A DNA stretch of 51,141 bases, from the sequence record DRR723986_13746; one strand, 5' to 3'. How positions within the stretch are numbered: the first letter of the stretch is position 1; the number at the start of each line of letters is the position of its first letter. Positions 1-31,469 of the stretch are shown here, in pieces. Made by a program: the position numbers and the translations under genes. The notes beneath the pieces were generated by a model. That model saw only the letters and a list, made by a program, of their open reading frames with translations, searched no databases and had not been told where the DNA came from.

Positions 1-22193
<22,193 letters not shown>

Positions 22194-22559
22194 CTAAAGA
22201 ATTAAAGGAATTTGAACATCGGTATAAATACTAGCTTAGTTATCTCGGGTAATTAAAGTTAAATATAGTGAAAAATTAAGATGTGATTGCCTATTTAAAC
22301 TACGGATAAAGATAATATCACCTACGAAAAAACTTTAAAAAATAGTTTATTAAACACACCAAACAGCTTACTATCAGAATCTTAACAATAATTTAATTTT
22401 ATCTGAAATCAACTTTCATTCTAATTGGAGTATATTTTGGAACGTTAGATTTTTAGGAGACAAAAAATTATTTACTGAATTTGCCTAAAACCAAAAGAAT
22501 AGAATTATACCTCCAAAAACTTGAAATATACTAACAGTCCATTTGACTGTGTGTCCGCC

Positions 22560-23582
22560 CTAGTAATTGTGAAATACATTAATCTTTTCTCCAAAATCCT
22601 CCAATCCATCATCTCCAAAATCCAGATGAGTAACAAATCGAACTAAGTCCGGACCAAATTTTACAGCTTTGATTTCCCTGGCCGCAAGATTCTTTAAGAA
22701 CTCTTCCGGTGAAATTCTATCCAATCGGGCAATCACAATATTCGTAGCAACAGGAAAAACCTCCGAAACGAAAGGCAATTTTGACAACATGTCCCCGAGA
22801 GTTCTTGCTCGAGCATGATCTTCTTTCAACCTATTCACATGAATATCCAAAGCATAAATTCCAGCAGCCGCCAAGAATCCAGCCTGACGCATTCCACCGC
22901 CCCAAGACTTTCTGACTTTTCTCGCTCGCTTGATATCAGCTGTTGAACCAAGGAGCAAGGAGCCTACTGGGCAGCCTAGCCCTTTGCTCAAGCAAATAGA
23001 AATCGTATCAAACTGAGCCCCCCAGTCTGCTGGACTTTCTTCAGTTTCTACAAGTGCATTAAATAAACGAGCTCCATCCAAGTGCAGTTTCAGCCCATGA
23101 TCATCGCATACTTTACGGATTGGCTTGACTTCATCTAGTGTATAAATACTTCCCCCACCCTTATTCATTGTATTTTCCAGAGAAACCAAAGTGGTCTCAG
23201 GCGCATGTACATCGTCAGGATTAATTGATGCTTTGATCTGATCAGCGGTGATTTTCCCCAGATTGCCATCTAACAATTTTACGGAAGCAAGGGAATTTGC
23301 CATAATCCCGCCACCTTCATAGAGGTAAACATGAGAATATTTATGGCAAATCACTTCAGTCTGAATTCGGGTATGCAATCGGATTGCGATCTGATTGGTC
23401 ATCGTCCCTGAAGGACAGTAAAGAGCAGCCTCCATCCCAAATAGCTTGGCAGCTTTCTCTTCTAATGCATTCACAGTCGGATCTTCCCCAAAAACATCGT
23501 CTCCAACAGGCCCAGAAAACATCGCTTCCTTCATTCCTGCTGTAGGTTTTGTCACCGTATCGCTTCTTAAGTCAATAATCAT
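22560..23582 (-). CDS. ltaE: Low-specificity L-threonine aldolase (PLP-dependent)
   Basis: IDLRSDTVTKPT, GDDVFGEDPT, PSGTMTNQ, HLDGARLFNA, CLSKGLGCPVGS (PLP lysine), GGGMRQAG motifs. Confidence 0.93.
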   Translation of the reverse strand: MIIDLRSDTVTKPTAGMKEAMFSGPVGDDVFGEDPTVNALEEKAAKLFGMEAALYCPSGTMTNQIAIRLHTRIQTEVICHKYSHVYLYEGGGIMANSLASVKLLDGNLGKITADQIKASINPDDVHAPETTLVSLENTMNKGGGSIYTLDEVKPIRKVCDDHGLKLHLDGARLFNALVETEESPADWGAQFDTISICLSKGLGCPVGSLLLGSTADIKRARKVRKSWGGGMRQAGFLAAAGIYALDIHVNRLKEDHARARTLGDMLSKLPFVSEVFPVATNIVIARLDRISPEEFLKNLAAREIKAVKFGPDLVRFVTHLDFGDDGLEDFGEKINVFHNY

Positions 23583-24541
23583 TTTTTGAAATACTTGGAT
23601 TTAGAACTTTTTGATGGAGCCAAAGTCTTGATGGCAGCTGCAGCTTCTATGGGACGATCAGTCGCCAGAATATCCGCACCTTTCTGCACAAAACTCGCAT
23701 ACAACTGATCTCCGCGAGCAATGGCTCTACCATCTAGGTTACCCAAAACGCCCAAAATAGTAAACACTCCTTTTTCATGTAAGGCTTTATTAAATTCTTG
23801 TGGACGCTCTGCTACTCCTGTAAAAGCAATAACTCTAGTCCAAGGAATCCCTGTTTCTTCAAAACGTTGGATTTCCTCTTCGTTTCGAATAGTCACCGAC
23901 AGCATCAATTCAGGAGCCATGAAATGAAGCTTTTTGGCTGCTGCAAATGAATAGGTGATCAAAGCCGCATGAGCTTCAGAACCAGTATTCCGAACTACCT
24001 CAACTATCTTTTCATACGGAACAGACTGTTTGATATCGACTGTTAAAAGTGCTTTCCCCTTAGACCAAATCAAAGCTTCTTCAAAGGTTGGCACCTTGAA
24101 ATCGGTAACATTCCCATCTTCATCTTTCAGAAAAAGGGCTTGAATCTCTTCATAGGTGGCATTACTCACTAACCCTTTACCAGTCGTAGTTCTGTCCAAT
24201 TTATCGTCATGCATAAGAACCAAAATACCATCTTTGGTCATGGCCACGTCCAACTCGATAATGGTAGGAGTGTATTTCACCACATTGGCAAAAGTCTCAA
24301 TTGCATTTTCAGGAAACCCAGAATATGGTCCGCCTCGATGTGCGGAAACCATAGGAATGCGATCCGAAGTCCAGGTATAAAAGTCCCGAGCTTCCTCTAT
24401 ACTACCTAATTGAATGTAATTATTAGATACTTCTTCTACTTTAGATTCTGCAGCAACTAATTCCTGTTGGTCTGCTGGCTTTTGGCTGCATGAACCAAAA
24501 AATACTAGCAGGAGCTGGACCCATAAAAACTTATTCTTCAT
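23579..24541 (-). CDS. Glycerophosphodiester phosphodiesterase family lipoprotein
   Basis: Lipobox FGSC; SAHRGG...PENAI, IELDV, LVLMHDDKLDRTTTG, TDRP GDPD motifs. Confidence 0.9.
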   Translation of the reverse strand: MKNKFLWVQLLLVFFGSCSQKPADQQELVAAESKVEEVSNNYIQLGSIEEARDFYTWTSDRIPMVSAHRGGPYSGFPENAIETFANVVKYTPTIIELDVAMTKDGILVLMHDDKLDRTTTGKGLVSNATYEEIQALFLKDEDGNVTDFKVPTFEEALIWSKGKALLTVDIKQSVPYEKIVEVVRNTGSEAHAALITYSFAAAKKLHFMAPELMLSVTIRNEEEIQRFEETGIPWTRVIAFTGVAERPQEFNKALHEKGVFTILGVLGNLDGRAIARGDQLYASFVQKGADILATDRPIEAAAAIKTLAPSKSSKSKYFKK

Positions 24542-24989
24542 CTTTTTTCGAATCTTTTTTGAATATAAAGTCTAGACCAGAGCTCCTCTTTCTGAAAATT
24601 TCTTCCATGTCTGCCAATTCCAGATTTAAAGCTTTGGTAGATATTTGGATCTCAATCAATGACAATCCAAGTGAAATCAGTAGTGACAACATGCTTCCTA
24701 CGAACACCCAATTCGCTACCATGGTATAACCTCGAAATAGTAAATACATGCAAATGATGCATGATAAAAAGCTGAATACCCCGAAGAGTTGCATGTTTTT
24801 GATGAGGGTAAGTCGACGACGCAAATTATGAATCTGCTCTACTATTATTTCCTGATTAGAGGCTTCCATATAGTTTTTATGTAATCCTCTGATCAAGCTA
24901 GCTATAGCCAGAAACCTATTTGTGTAAGCTAGCATTAAGAGTGTGATTGCCGAAAAAAGTAAGGCAGGCGTTGAGAGTTGGAGTTCCAT
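24531..24989 (-). CDS. DUF2721 family membrane protein
   Basis: TPALLFSAITLLMLAYTNRFL N-terminus and EIQISTKAL C-terminal motif; three hydrophobic segments. Confidence 0.8.
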   Translation of the reverse strand: MELQLSTPALLFSAITLLMLAYTNRFLAIASLIRGLHKNYMEASNQEIIVEQIHNLRRRLTLIKNMQLFGVFSFLSCIICMYLLFRGYTMVANWVFVGSMLSLLISLGLSLIEIQISTKALNLELADMEEIFRKRSSGLDFIFKKDSKKDEE

Positions 24990-25082
24990 AGGCGAAAGTT
25001 AATAGATTAAAGATGCTTCTATTTCCCGAAAATGAAAAAACCTACGCCTTTCTGAGTCGACAAACCAGAAAATTAATTGCTA

Positions 25083-25778
25083 CTAAAACTTATGATGTAA
25101 ACTAACTTGTAATTGCCCTTTGCTCCAGGCATCAGTGGTCTGCAACATCCAGCCAGATTGAACTCTAAGATTAGATAACAAGCCATATCCCCCACCAAGG
25201 TATAATCGATTTCTATCAAATAGCTCAACCGTTCTTCCTCCACCAATATCACGTTGACCATTAATGAAAATCTCATTGTACAGAGCCAGATAGACAATTC
25301 CTTTTTCCAAAGCAAAACCATTTAATGGAATATTGAGAAAAAGATTGTAGCGATATCTGGTCCGAAGATCCTGCGACTCCACCCATCTTTGCTCATACCT
25401 AATTCGATGAGTGAACAGAAATCTGCTACCTACTTTGCTGGGGAAAAGAGCTTCTTGATAAACTCTATTTTCCATAACAGTGGCGTCAGACTCACCAAAT
25501 ACCCCAGTCGTAATATTGGCATAACCTAAGGTGAATAAAATATCAGCGTTTTTTGGTGTGTAAGTAAGGCCAGACCTAAGAAGCAACTGTTCCAAATCAC
25601 TTACTGGACTCCAAAGTCTAAGCTGCATATCTCCCTGAATACCGAATTGAGAATTTTTAAAAGATTTATTATAAAAATACATGTACCACGCACCCAGTTG
25701 ATCTTCATCTGGACCAGATTGAGCAAAGGAAACCACGGACAACGCAGAAAGAAAGAGACTGAATACTAACTTTTTCAT
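25083..25778 (-). CDS. DUF2490 family outer-membrane beta-barrel protein
   Basis: Signal peptide; LGAWYMYF, QLLLRSGL, HRIRYEQRW, RYRY, YNEIF, FDRNRLY motifs; C-terminal Phe. Confidence 0.82.
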   Translation of the reverse strand: MKKLVFSLFLSALSVVSFAQSGPDEDQLGAWYMYFYNKSFKNSQFGIQGDMQLRLWSPVSDLEQLLLRSGLTYTPKNADILFTLGYANITTGVFGESDATVMENRVYQEALFPSKVGSRFLFTHRIRYEQRWVESQDLRTRYRYNLFLNIPLNGFALEKGIVYLALYNEIFINGQRDIGGGRTVELFDRNRLYLGGGYGLLSNLRVQSGWMLQTTDAWSKGQLQVSLHHKF

Positions 25779-25808
25779 AAGGTAAAACTGGTTGGATTTT
25801 CACAAAAT

Positions 25809-25836
25809 AAAAAAGCCTGCTCTTTTCAGAACAGGC
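25809..25836 (-). terminator. Rho-independent terminator after the anti-sigma gene
   Basis: Minus strand GCCTGTTCT-GAAA-AGAGCAGGC followed by a T run. Confidence 0.7.
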
Positions 25837-25872
25837 AATTATAAATTTAATTACATTTTAAATTTCAAATTC

Positions 25873-26697
25873 TTAGGCCACTTCTCCCAGCACAACCAAT
25901 TTCTCCAAAGTAGGAGCTTTTGATCCACCTTTAGGTTCTATGGTAATAGCAAATGCTCCAGCCTGTGCTACCGCCTCCATTTGTTGCAAAGTCAGTTTTT
26001 CACCTGTGTTAACCAAACCAATTCCTACTGGCCCATCATCTCCAATAGCCCATAGCTGGTAGTCAAACTCCTCACTGAGTTCATTCAGGTTATTTACTGC
26101 GATAAATACTTCTTGTGCATTTTGATCCCAAAGCACATCGACTCTGGCATCTTTCTGCATATCAAATCCCTCACCTTTCATTTCAATTCGCTTGAAATCT
26201 CCAGCTACAAATTTATCAAGTCGGCTGTCTGCCTCTTTATATTGCTGATTTACCTGATTCAGATTATCAGCCATTACGCTCTGATCCTGAAGCAAGGCAG
26301 TAAATTGATCGTTTCTCTCCTGATACTTATCTGCATAATAGAATGCTGCACCCGAGGCCACAATTGCGGCAATAGAAGCAGCAATAGCAAATGGTTTCCA
26401 AGGGCTACTGATCGGAATAACTTTAGTTTGCGATGAAGATGAGCTAGACTTAGATTCTTCCTTTAAAATAAAATCCTTCTCAAGTGTAGAGAAAATTTTA
26501 TCCTTCACTTTCTGAGATGGGACTGCGCCAGTCATGTCGTCAAAGGCGAACATTGTCTCCTCCAATTCATCCAACTCACGCTGAATCTCAGGGTGCGTCT
26601 TTGCCAGGCTCAACACCTCCTCACGCTCTCGCTCCGTCAACTCTCCTAAAAGGAAAAGCTCCAGTTTACCTGACGATATGTATGATTGAATATCCAC
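25873..26697 (-). CDS. Anti-sigma factor (RskA-like, single transmembrane segment)
   Basis: YISSGKLELFLLG N-terminus, central TM helix, coiled coil, YQLWAI...AFAITIEPKGGSKAPT RskA C-terminal motif; overlaps the ECF sigma stop. Confidence 0.87.
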   Translation of the reverse strand: MDIQSYISSGKLELFLLGELTEREREEVLSLAKTHPEIQRELDELEETMFAFDDMTGAVPSQKVKDKIFSTLEKDFILKEESKSSSSSSQTKVIPISSPWKPFAIAASIAAIVASGAAFYYADKYQERNDQFTALLQDQSVMADNLNQVNQQYKEADSRLDKFVAGDFKRIEMKGEGFDMQKDARVDVLWDQNAQEVFIAVNNLNELSEEFDYQLWAIGDDGPVGIGLVNTGEKLTLQQMEAVAQAGAFAITIEPKGGSKAPTLEKLVVLGEVA

Positions 26698-27230
26698 TAG
26701 ATTCTTGCTACATTTTTTTTCAACACTTGTATGGCCGCTCTCACCCTGGACTTGACGGTGCCTAGAGGTATATCGAATTCCTCCGATACCTCAGAATGTG
26801 TATATCCTTTGAAGTAAATATACTCGACAATGAACTTCTGATCATCGTTAAGTTCGATCATTAGTTCTTTCACTCCGATTCCGTCTATTTGTTCTTGGGT
26901 TCCTGATTGGCTCTCCATTCCATATACGAAGTCGTCTATTGTGTTGGTCTTACCGGATTGTGAAATTTCTTTGGAGCGTAGTTTATCAATGGCTGAATTA
27001 CGGCAAATATTGGCCATCCATGTATATAAACGGCCTTTTGACTCATCGTAACGATCTATTTTTTTAGTGATTTTAACAAAAGCATCATGAAAAACTTCCT
27101 CTGCGATGTCCTTGTCAAAGACTATTCTGGAGATCACCGCATAGAGAGCTCTGGAATATTTGTCGTACAAATACTCAGTGGTCTTTCTGTCTTTTGCCCT
27201 TAGCCCGGCGATGATTTGTTCTTCCTGCAA
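26697..27230 (-). CDS. ECF RNA polymerase sigma-70 factor
   Basis: LYDKYS...AEEVFHDAFVKI...YTWMANICRNSAIDKLR (region 2); YFKGYTHSEVSEEFDIPLGTVKSRVR (region 4). TTG start. Confidence 0.92.
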   Translation of the reverse strand: MQEEQIIAGLRAKDRKTTEYLYDKYSRALYAVISRIVFDKDIAEEVFHDAFVKITKKIDRYDESKGRLYTWMANICRNSAIDKLRSKEISQSGKTNTIDDFVYGMESQSGTQEQIDGIGVKELMIELNDDQKFIVEYIYFKGYTHSEVSEEFDIPLGTVKSRVRAAIQVLKKNVARI

Positions 27231-27264
27231 AAATCTATGGTTTGAAAAATTCTTCCCTAAAAGT

Positions 27265-27297
27265 AAAACACAAGACCAATTGTTTTAGGTCTTGTGT
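27265..27297 (-). terminator. Probable terminator hairpin after lpdA
   Basis: ACACAAGACC...GGTCTTGTGT 10 bp inverted repeat just downstream of the lpdA stop, with a short T run on the minus strand. Confidence 0.6.
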
Positions 27298-27320
27298 CTT
27301 TTATTTTCAAATTATTTATA

Positions 27321-28718
27321 TCAAAGGTGGATTACCTCATCATAAGCAGCGGCCGCAGCCTCCATAATCGCTTCTGACATGGTTGGGTGAGGATGCACTG
27401 TTTTGATCAATTCGTGACCAGTGGTTTCCAGTTTGCGGATAGCAACAATCTCTGCGATCATCTCAGTCACATTGTATCCTATCATATGTGCTCCTAGCAA
27501 TTCTCCGTATTTCTTATCGAATACAAGCTTTACAAAACCATCTTTTGCGCCAGCAGCAGATGCTTTTCCTGAAGCAGAGAATGGGAATTTACCGATTCTC
27601 AACTCATAGCCTGCTTCCTTAGCTTTTGCTTCGGTCATACCTACAGATGCGATCTCTGGAGAGCAATAAGTACAGCCTGGGATATTTCCATAATCTAAAG
27701 GATCAGGGTTCTGACCTGCGATTTTCTCTACACAGATAATTCCTTCAGCAGATGCTACGTGCGCCAATGCAGGACCAGGAATCACATCACCGATAGCATA
27801 ATAGCCAGGCATGTTTGTCTTATAGTACTCGTCAACTTTGATTTTGCCTTTGTCTACCAAGATTCCAACATCTTCCAAACCAATATTCTCCAAGTTTGAA
27901 ACAACTCCAGCAGCAGATAGTACAACATCACATTCAAGTGTTTCTTCACCTTTAGCTGTTTTGACGGTCACTTTACAGCCTGCCCCCTTGGTATCCACCG
28001 CAGTCACTTCTGATGAAGTCATGATGGTCATACCAGCTTTTTTGTAAAGTTTCTCCAAAGTCTTAGAAACTTCAGCGTCCTCCACAGGTACGATTCTATC
28101 CAAAAATTCTACTATGGTCACTTCTGCACCCATAGTAGCATAGAAATAGGCAAACTCAATTCCTATCGCTCCAGAACCAACAACTACCATTTTCTTTGGC
28201 ATCTTGTCCAACACCATTGCATCACGGTAACCGAGAATCTTTTTCTTATCGATCTTCATCGCTGGCAATTCTCTGGATCTAGCTCCGGTAGCGATGATGA
28301 TATTATCAGCAGCATAGACAGTTTTCTTGTCTTCGCTATCGGTCACCTCTACCTTTTTACCCGGCTGGATTTTACCCCATCCTTTGATCACTTCGATCTT
28401 ATTTTTCTTCATTAGGAAGGTAACTCCCTTACTCATTCCGTCAGCTACGCCACGGCTTCTTTTGACGATGCCGGTAAAATCAGCGCTGGCGTCTTTTACA
28501 GTAATGCCATAATCCGCTGCATGATTGATGTACTCGAATACCTGAGCACTTTTCAATAAAGCTTTGGTGGGAATACAACCCCAGTTAAGACAAATACCAC
28601 CCAATTCCGCAGCTTCTACTACGGCAGTTTTTAAACCGAGTTGGGAAGCGCGGATAGCAGCCACATAGCCACCTGGTCCACTACCCACCACGATCACGTC
28701 AAATTTTGTCGAAGACAT
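27321..28718 (-). CDS. lpdA: Dihydrolipoyl dehydrogenase (E3)
   Basis: GSGPGGYVAAIRA, GGICLNWGCIPTK redox disulfide, GSGAIG, C-terminal HPHPTMSE. Confidence 0.96.
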   Translation of the reverse strand: MSSTKFDVIVVGSGPGGYVAAIRASQLGLKTAVVEAAELGGICLNWGCIPTKALLKSAQVFEYINHAADYGITVKDASADFTGIVKRSRGVADGMSKGVTFLMKKNKIEVIKGWGKIQPGKKVEVTDSEDKKTVYAADNIIIATGARSRELPAMKIDKKKILGYRDAMVLDKMPKKMVVVGSGAIGIEFAYFYATMGAEVTIVEFLDRIVPVEDAEVSKTLEKLYKKAGMTIMTSSEVTAVDTKGAGCKVTVKTAKGEETLECDVVLSAAGVVSNLENIGLEDVGILVDKGKIKVDEYYKTNMPGYYAIGDVIPGPALAHVASAEGIICVEKIAGQNPDPLDYGNIPGCTYCSPEIASVGMTEAKAKEAGYELRIGKFPFSASGKASAAGAKDGFVKLVFDKKYGELLGAHMIGYNVTEMIAEIVAIRKLETTGHELIKTVHPHPTMSEAIMEAAAAAYDEVIHL

Positions 28719-28981
28719 ATCTATTTTGAGTTTTTATACGAGTTGAAACTAGGCAAAAATAGGCCTTTTAGCTTCAGAAAAAAATTCCATTTCAATCGCG
28801 ATTATACTTCAAACGCCAATTCTGAACAGCTTACAGAGCGCTATAAAGAATATAATTTTACATTAAATACATTTAACATGTTTTTCATCCTATCCGCAGA
28901 GAATACTCAGAAAATTCACTCAGCAATTCTCATTTATTCGATAGATTCAAACACCCCGCCTAAAAGTTTTAGCTTTTTTTC

Positions 28982-28989
28982 TAATTTTG
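28982..28989 (+). promoter_or_regulatory. Bacteroidota sigma70 -7 box upstream of fabG
   Basis: TAATTTTG matches TAnnTTTG, 22 nt before the ATG; no clear -33 TTTG. Confidence 0.55.
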
Positions 28990-29011
28990 GCCAAACAAAA
29001 TTTTAAACTCC

Positions 29012-29758
29012 ATGGGATTACTTTCAGGAAAAACGGCATTGATCACCGGCGCATCTAAAGGCATCGGAAGAGCAATCGCCCTCAGATATGCACAAGAAGG
29101 CGCAAATGTCGCTTTTACTTTTTTGTCAAGTGTGGAAAAAGGCCAAACACTCGAAAGAGAATTGGCAGCATATGGCATCAAAGCCAAGGGGTATAGGTCA
29201 GATGCTTCGGATTTCAAAGCTGCAGAAGAATTAGTGAATGATGTGGTTGCAGAATTTGGCGGATTGGATGTTCTGATCAATAATGCCGGTATCACCCGCG
29301 ACAACCTATTGATGAGAATCACTGAGGAAGCTTGGGACGAAGTAATTGGCATCAATTTGAAATCCTGCTTCAACACTGTAAAAGCAGCAAATAGAACGAT
29401 GATGAAAGCTAAGTCAGGCTCTATTATCAATATCACTTCCGTAGTAGGCGCAAAAGGAAATGCTGGTCAAGCCAACTATGCGGCTTCGAAAGCTGGTATC
29501 ATCGGCTTTACCAAATCAATCGCTCTTGAGTTAGGCTCAAGAAATATCCGTTGCAATGCAATTGCCCCGGGATTTATTGAAACTGAAATGACTGAAGTTT
29601 TGGACGAGAAAACTGTCCAAGGCTGGAGAGACGGCATTCCTATGAAGCGTGGTGGCCGACCTGAAGAAGTGGCTGACGCTTGTGTATTCTTAGGGTCTGA
29701 AATGAGTAGCTATATCTCAGGACAGGTGCTTCATGTGAATGGCGCGATGTATACTTAA
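29012..29758 (+). CDS. fabG: 3-oxoacyl-ACP reductase
   Basis: TGASKGIG, NNAGITRDNLL, NYAASKAG, APGFIETEMT. Confidence 0.93.
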   Translation: MGLLSGKTALITGASKGIGRAIALRYAQEGANVAFTFLSSVEKGQTLERELAAYGIKAKGYRSDASDFKAAEELVNDVVAEFGGLDVLINNAGITRDNLLMRITEEAWDEVIGINLKSCFNTVKAANRTMMKAKSGSIINITSVVGAKGNAGQANYAASKAGIIGFTKSIALELGSRNIRCNAIAPGFIETEMTEVLDEKTVQGWRDGIPMKRGGRPEEVADACVFLGSEMSSYISGQVLHVNGAMYT

Positions 29759-29792
29759 TCAATTTGAAATTTATTATTTGAAATTTGAGATT

Positions 29793-29822
29793 AAACGGCT
29801 GGAGAGATTCAGCCGTTTTTTT
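29793..29822 (+). terminator. Rho-independent terminator of fabG (copy 1)
   Basis: AAACGGCTG-GAGAGATT-CAGCCGTTT plus T run. Confidence 0.8.
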
Positions 29823-29827
29823 ATAGC

Positions 29828-29926
29828 AACCTTTGAGGTGTCATTTCGAAGGAAGGATAACTGAGAAATCTCCTCGAAGTTTTTTATTTACATAAGACCT
29901 TCGAGGTTTGAGAAACCTCAAAGGTC
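29828..29926. repeat. Inverted pair of REP-like palindromes (GACCTTCGAGGT...ACCTCAAAGGTC family); the first carries a nested second element in its loop
   Basis: 29828-29882 AACCTTTGAGG[TGTCATTTCGAAGGAAGGATAACTGAGAAATCT]CCTCGAAGTTT; 29896-29926 GACCTTCGAGGTTT-GAG-AAACCTCAAAGGTC. Confidence 0.75.
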
Positions 29927-29931
29927 AGACG

Positions 29932-29961
29932 AACGGCTGGAGAGATTCAGCCGTTTTTTTT
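29932..29961 (+). terminator. Exact duplicate of the fabG terminator (copy 2)
   Basis: AACGGCTGGAGAGATTCAGCCGTTTTTTT is identical to 29794-29822. Confidence 0.8.
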
Positions 29962-30024
29962 GTTTTAACCGCGAAGTGCACGAAGTGACGCAAAGCGGTG
30001 GGATTCTAGTTATCCTCTATTTAT

Positions 30025-31173
30025 TCAATCAGCAAACCGACTCAAGTCAATCTTATAAAACTCGTATTCATCTTCAGATGCTTGCTCGGGTTTATTGATA
30101 AATAGACCTTCTGAAGTAGAAAAAATATTCTCAAAACGGGTTCCTGGAGGGTAAACTACTTCGAGCTCTGCTCTCAGTTTCCATTCAGAATCATAGATCA
30201 AAAGTAAATATGTGTTTTCATCCAAATACAATCTCTGCCGGGGATCCTTGATTTCAGGATCGTCCTTTTCGTTCTTTACTAGTGTCATTCTTACATTCAT
30301 ACCAGAGGAAAGGTCATGAATCAGATGCAAATTGAGAGCTCCGTTCTCAGGTCTTTCCCAAGAACCCCTATTTCTATCTCCTACATAAGTATCTGGATAA
30401 TATGGAAATGGAGTCAACTTAGTCAATTTTATACGGTCTATCACTTTACAGTTTTTGATTTGATAAAGGGAATCTGAATAAGGAAACATTGCCCAAGACT
30501 TCCCCTCTGCCACCATCCTCAGCAAATTTCCTCCTGAAGAAGACTGAGAATAGGATTCATCGTATGGCGCCTTAAAATCAGATTTACATATTAAATTTCC
30601 CTCACCATCAAATTCCCCTATCCAAGATTTGAATGACAAATCCAAACCATCCCTCCCTTCACGAAATGCCATAAATTCAAAAGGGTTAAACGTCAATTCA
30701 TACCTATTGTCGGTAAGGGCATGAAATGCATTTCTCTTATCTGTCAAATAAAGGTATTTACCTGGCTCATATGCTTCCATATCCCGCATATATGAGAGAG
30801 CCAAAGTGTCATTCCTGTATATATTGGTAAAGCCAGTAGAGCTTGTTACAAATAATCCACCATCATTCAAAAAACCTCCAACTTCCGGCATACCTTTAAA
30901 CGCCATTGGCCCTTCTCTAGGAACCACATAAGTTGCTGTTTTCCGACCGTTCTTGACATCGTAAAAACTAAAAATCTCATTCCACTTAGTATAAGCCATT
31001 TCAATCCCGTCTTTAGTTATACTTCCCTGAAACCCCATAAATCCAGTCTCTGAGTCCCGTTCAAAACTCATTTCTCCCAAGACAAAATCTTCAAGCTTAC
31101 CTTGGATCGGCTCTTTTTCTTTGGAACAAGCAAAAAATGTAAAGACCAGTAGAAGAGAGAATAGATGTTTCAT
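30025..31173 (-). CDS. Uncharacterised lipoprotein (possibly DUF4221-like / beta-propeller)
   Basis: MKHLFSLLLVFTFFAC lipobox followed by SKEKE; aromatic-rich beta-type sequence. The family assignment is tentative. Confidence 0.65.
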   Translation of the reverse strand: MKHLFSLLLVFTFFACSKEKEPIQGKLEDFVLGEMSFERDSETGFMGFQGSITKDGIEMAYTKWNEIFSFYDVKNGRKTATYVVPREGPMAFKGMPEVGGFLNDGGLFVTSSTGFTNIYRNDTLALSYMRDMEAYEPGKYLYLTDKRNAFHALTDNRYELTFNPFEFMAFREGRDGLDLSFKSWIGEFDGEGNLICKSDFKAPYDESYSQSSSGGNLLRMVAEGKSWAMFPYSDSLYQIKNCKVIDRIKLTKLTPFPYYPDTYVGDRNRGSWERPENGALNLHLIHDLSSGMNVRMTLVKNEKDDPEIKDPRQRLYLDENTYLLLIYDSEWKLRAELEVVYPPGTRFENIFSTSEGLFINKPEQASEDEYEFYKIDLSRFAD

Positions 31174-31308
31174 TTACGAAATTTTAGAAGGATAACTAAA
31201 AATAAATAAAATCTCTCTCAAAGGGGCTAAGGAGTAAAAATTTAATCCTAACATTAAGATCTTAAACGAAACTGCACCCTCTGCGAAACTCTTTGTGAAC
31301 TCTGAGGT

Positions 31309-31339
31309 AAAAAAAAGCCCCGAATCTAAATCCGGGGCT
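31309..31339 (-). terminator. Rho-independent terminator downstream of pruA
   Basis: Minus strand AGCCCCGGAT-TTAG-ATTCGGGGCT followed by a T run. Confidence 0.75.
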
Positions 31340-31345
31340 CCTATT

Positions 31346-31467
31346 AACCTTTGAGGTCTATTTTTGACCTCGAAGGTTTCAATTTCAAAAACAATCTAAA
31401 ACCTCAAATAAAGACCTTCGAGGTGATCCCGAAGTCTAGCGACATTCGGGACTACACCTCAAAGGTC
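31346..31467. repeat. Second inverted pair of the same REP-like palindrome; the second copy carries a nested TCCCGAA...TTCGGGA hairpin
   Basis: 31346-31378 AACCTTTGAGGTC-TATTTTT-GACCTCGAAGGTT; 31413-31467 GACCTTCGAGGTG[ATCCCGAAGTCTAGCGACATTCGGGACTA]CACCTCAAAGGTC. Confidence 0.78.
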
Positions 31468-31469
31468 AA

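Noticed and set aside
25873-27230. ECF sigma/anti-sigma pair as a dedicated regulator of the giant adhesin
   Set aside because: It is separated from the giant gene by four unrelated genes and a terminator, and I found no shared promoter motif.
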